Source: a virus (Duplodnaviria > Heunggongvirae > Uroviricota > Caudoviricetes). From it: 43,248 nucleotides of DNA. Below the pieces are notes generated by a model, which had not been told where the DNA came from, searched no databases, and was given only the letters and a program-made list of their open reading frames with translations. Shown here one piece after another: positions 42,038-43,248 of the stretch (its first letter is position 1; each line of letters starts with the position of its first letter). The stretch lies in the IMG/VR virus record IMGVR_UViG_3300017788_000010. One strand, 5' to 3'. A program made the translations under genes and the position numbers.

Positions 42038-42646
42038 ATGACCCTAGAAACCCACGCGTGGATAGGAAAAGAATTTCACGTAGCTGGTTGGGGCTCCGCG
42101 GTTTTCGTCGTGAGGTGGATATCAGACGGGAGCGGGGGGCTTGCTCGCCGACAAGACGGAAAAACCGTAACCCAGGTGGTGCCAATAGCTCGATTATACC
42201 CCACACACGAGACATATAAGAAGCTGACAGGCATAGATGTGTTTCCGGCTGGTATCAGCGGTCATGAAGAGACCGCCGAGTTCCGCTGCTGGGCATCTGA
42301 TGCCGATATGAACACGCCTGGTTTTATTGCTCCTACCAACAGCAAGACTGGTGGGTGCCGTAAATGCGGGCATAGTATAGCGCCTCAAGCAGGCCAACCT
42401 GTGCCTATCATTCGCTTCGTCCCACAAATGGGTTATGCCCATTATGTGAATTGGAAAAGATGGTGCCACCTCGACACCGCCCGGTGTGAGAGGCAAAAAA
42501 TAAAGCAGCTGCGATTATTTGAAGAAAAAGCGAGCAAGCGTAGAAAGAAAACCTCGCAAGATCCTGATATAGCAGCAGACAGCGCTGCTGGTATATACGA
42601 AGCTATTGACCCGTACGGTGACAACGGTAGCGCGTTCTTCTTATAA
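42038..42646 (+). CDS. Hypothetical protein with Cys/His motifs
   Basis: 202 aa; CRKCGH...GYAH...WCHL...RC. Confidence 0.6.
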   Translation: MTLETHAWIGKEFHVAGWGSAVFVVRWISDGSGGLARRQDGKTVTQVVPIARLYPTHETYKKLTGIDVFPAGISGHEETAEFRCWASDADMNTPGFIAPTNSKTGGCRKCGHSIAPQAGQPVPIIRFVPQMGYAHYVNWKRWCHLDTARCERQKIKQLRLFEEKASKRRKKTSQDPDIAADSAAGIYEAIDPYGDNGSAFFL

Positions 42647-42648
42647 CC

Positions 42649-42888
42649 ATGAAAATCAAAGAACTCCCTCTTGATTTTCTATGGAGATTTAGTAAGTATT
42701 GGCTAAACTCACAAAAAGCTGTGAACTACGTCGGAACAGAAACAGGCATTCTTTGTGAGAGATATGGGCTTCTCAGGCAACCAGCAGACCGCAGAAAGTT
42801 AGGGGTGATGCCTGATATGGATTCGGTAGTAGCTGAAGGCGGCTGGGCACACTGGTATTCTAGCCCAGAGGTACTACAATACCAATGA
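42649..42888 (+). CDS. Hypothetical protein
   Basis: 79-aa ORF in a tightly packed + strand run. Confidence 0.55.
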   Translation: MKIKELPLDFLWRFSKYWLNSQKAVNYVGTETGILCERYGLLRQPADRRKLGVMPDMDSVVAEGGWAHWYSSPEVLQYQ

Positions 42889-43106
42889 ACCACAATATAG
42901 AATACGCTGACCGCGATCTGCAGCTAAGCATGAATATGGCCTGGTTAAAAACAAATGGTACTGGAAACCTTATTTTTCAGCGCATAGAACAGCGCTTCAC
43001 AAAGCCATCCTCCCCGGACCTCGCTCCCCTGTATCTCCTACTACTTGGAACATCTATTGAAGACTGTTTTGATGTGGCCGCACATGATTCATGCGAACAT
43101 ATTTGA
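42885..43106 (+). CDS. Hypothetical protein
   Basis: 73-aa ORF with ATGA coupling. Confidence 0.45.
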   Translation: MNHNIEYADRDLQLSMNMAWLKTNGTGNLIFQRIEQRFTKPSSPDLAPLYLLLLGTSIEDCFDVAAHDSCEHI

Positions 43107-43137
43107 TATACTAAAGCGTACTCTAGGTCGCGGTTAC

Positions 43138-43168
43138 AAACAAGGCCGCTAGTCGCGGCTTTGTTTTT
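43138..43168 (+). terminator. Rho-independent terminator-like hairpin
   Basis: AAACAAGGCCGC-TAGTC-GCGGCTTTGTTT forms a 12-bp stem with one G-U pair, followed by TT. Confidence 0.6.
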
Positions 43169-43248
43169 ACCCCCCCCCCCAAACCCCCCCACAAAACCCC
43201 AAAAAAAACCCAAAACAAGAGCCAAAAAAACAAAAAAAAAAAAAAAAA
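43169..43248. repeat. Low-complexity C/A homopolymer tail, probably a read-end artefact
   Basis: Almost only C and A runs, ending in poly-A at the window end. Confidence 0.7.

Noticed and set aside
42977-43248. ORF 42977..43225 (-) and the C/A-rich tail as a telomere-like or poly-G feature
   Set aside because: The ORF start derives from homopolymer runs at the contig end, typical of low-quality read tails. It cannot be trusted without read support.

Overview
This 43 kb window is a fragment of a large lytic, contractile-tailed dsDNA phage (myovirus morphology) with an unknown host. It has four parts. (1) A + strand replication/recombination block from 1 to 26794: degenerate DnaC-like loader, DnaB helicase, class II RNR, primase, SSB, family A DNA polymerase, SF2 helicase, RecA, two resolvases, a Cas4-like nuclease, an RNase H-like protein, a sigma-70-family factor and an accessory module. 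(2) An inverted tail-fibre island (5201-9092, -) that interrupts block 1. (3) A - strand morphogenesis block from 26849 to 41706: tail tube, sheath, neck, major capsid, decoration, scaffold-like proteins, prohead protease and internal head proteins. (4) Small + strand genes, ending in a low-complexity contig end. The best-supported hidden feature is a compact 223-nt ORF-less group I intron (12988-13210) that splits polymerase motif B; the full ribozyme core can be paired by eye. Other notable signals: a K-x-A motif saturating the head-assembly proteins (candidate maturation-protease site); a promoter-like motif, A-rich-N13-GGCATAAGAT, at three module starts, next to a phage sigma factor with altered region 2.4; and a DUF6745-like gene broken into three ORFs. 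Terminase, portal, baseplate and tape measure genes are not in the window. No tRNA or CRISPR array was found. All family assignments come from motif recognition, not database searches.
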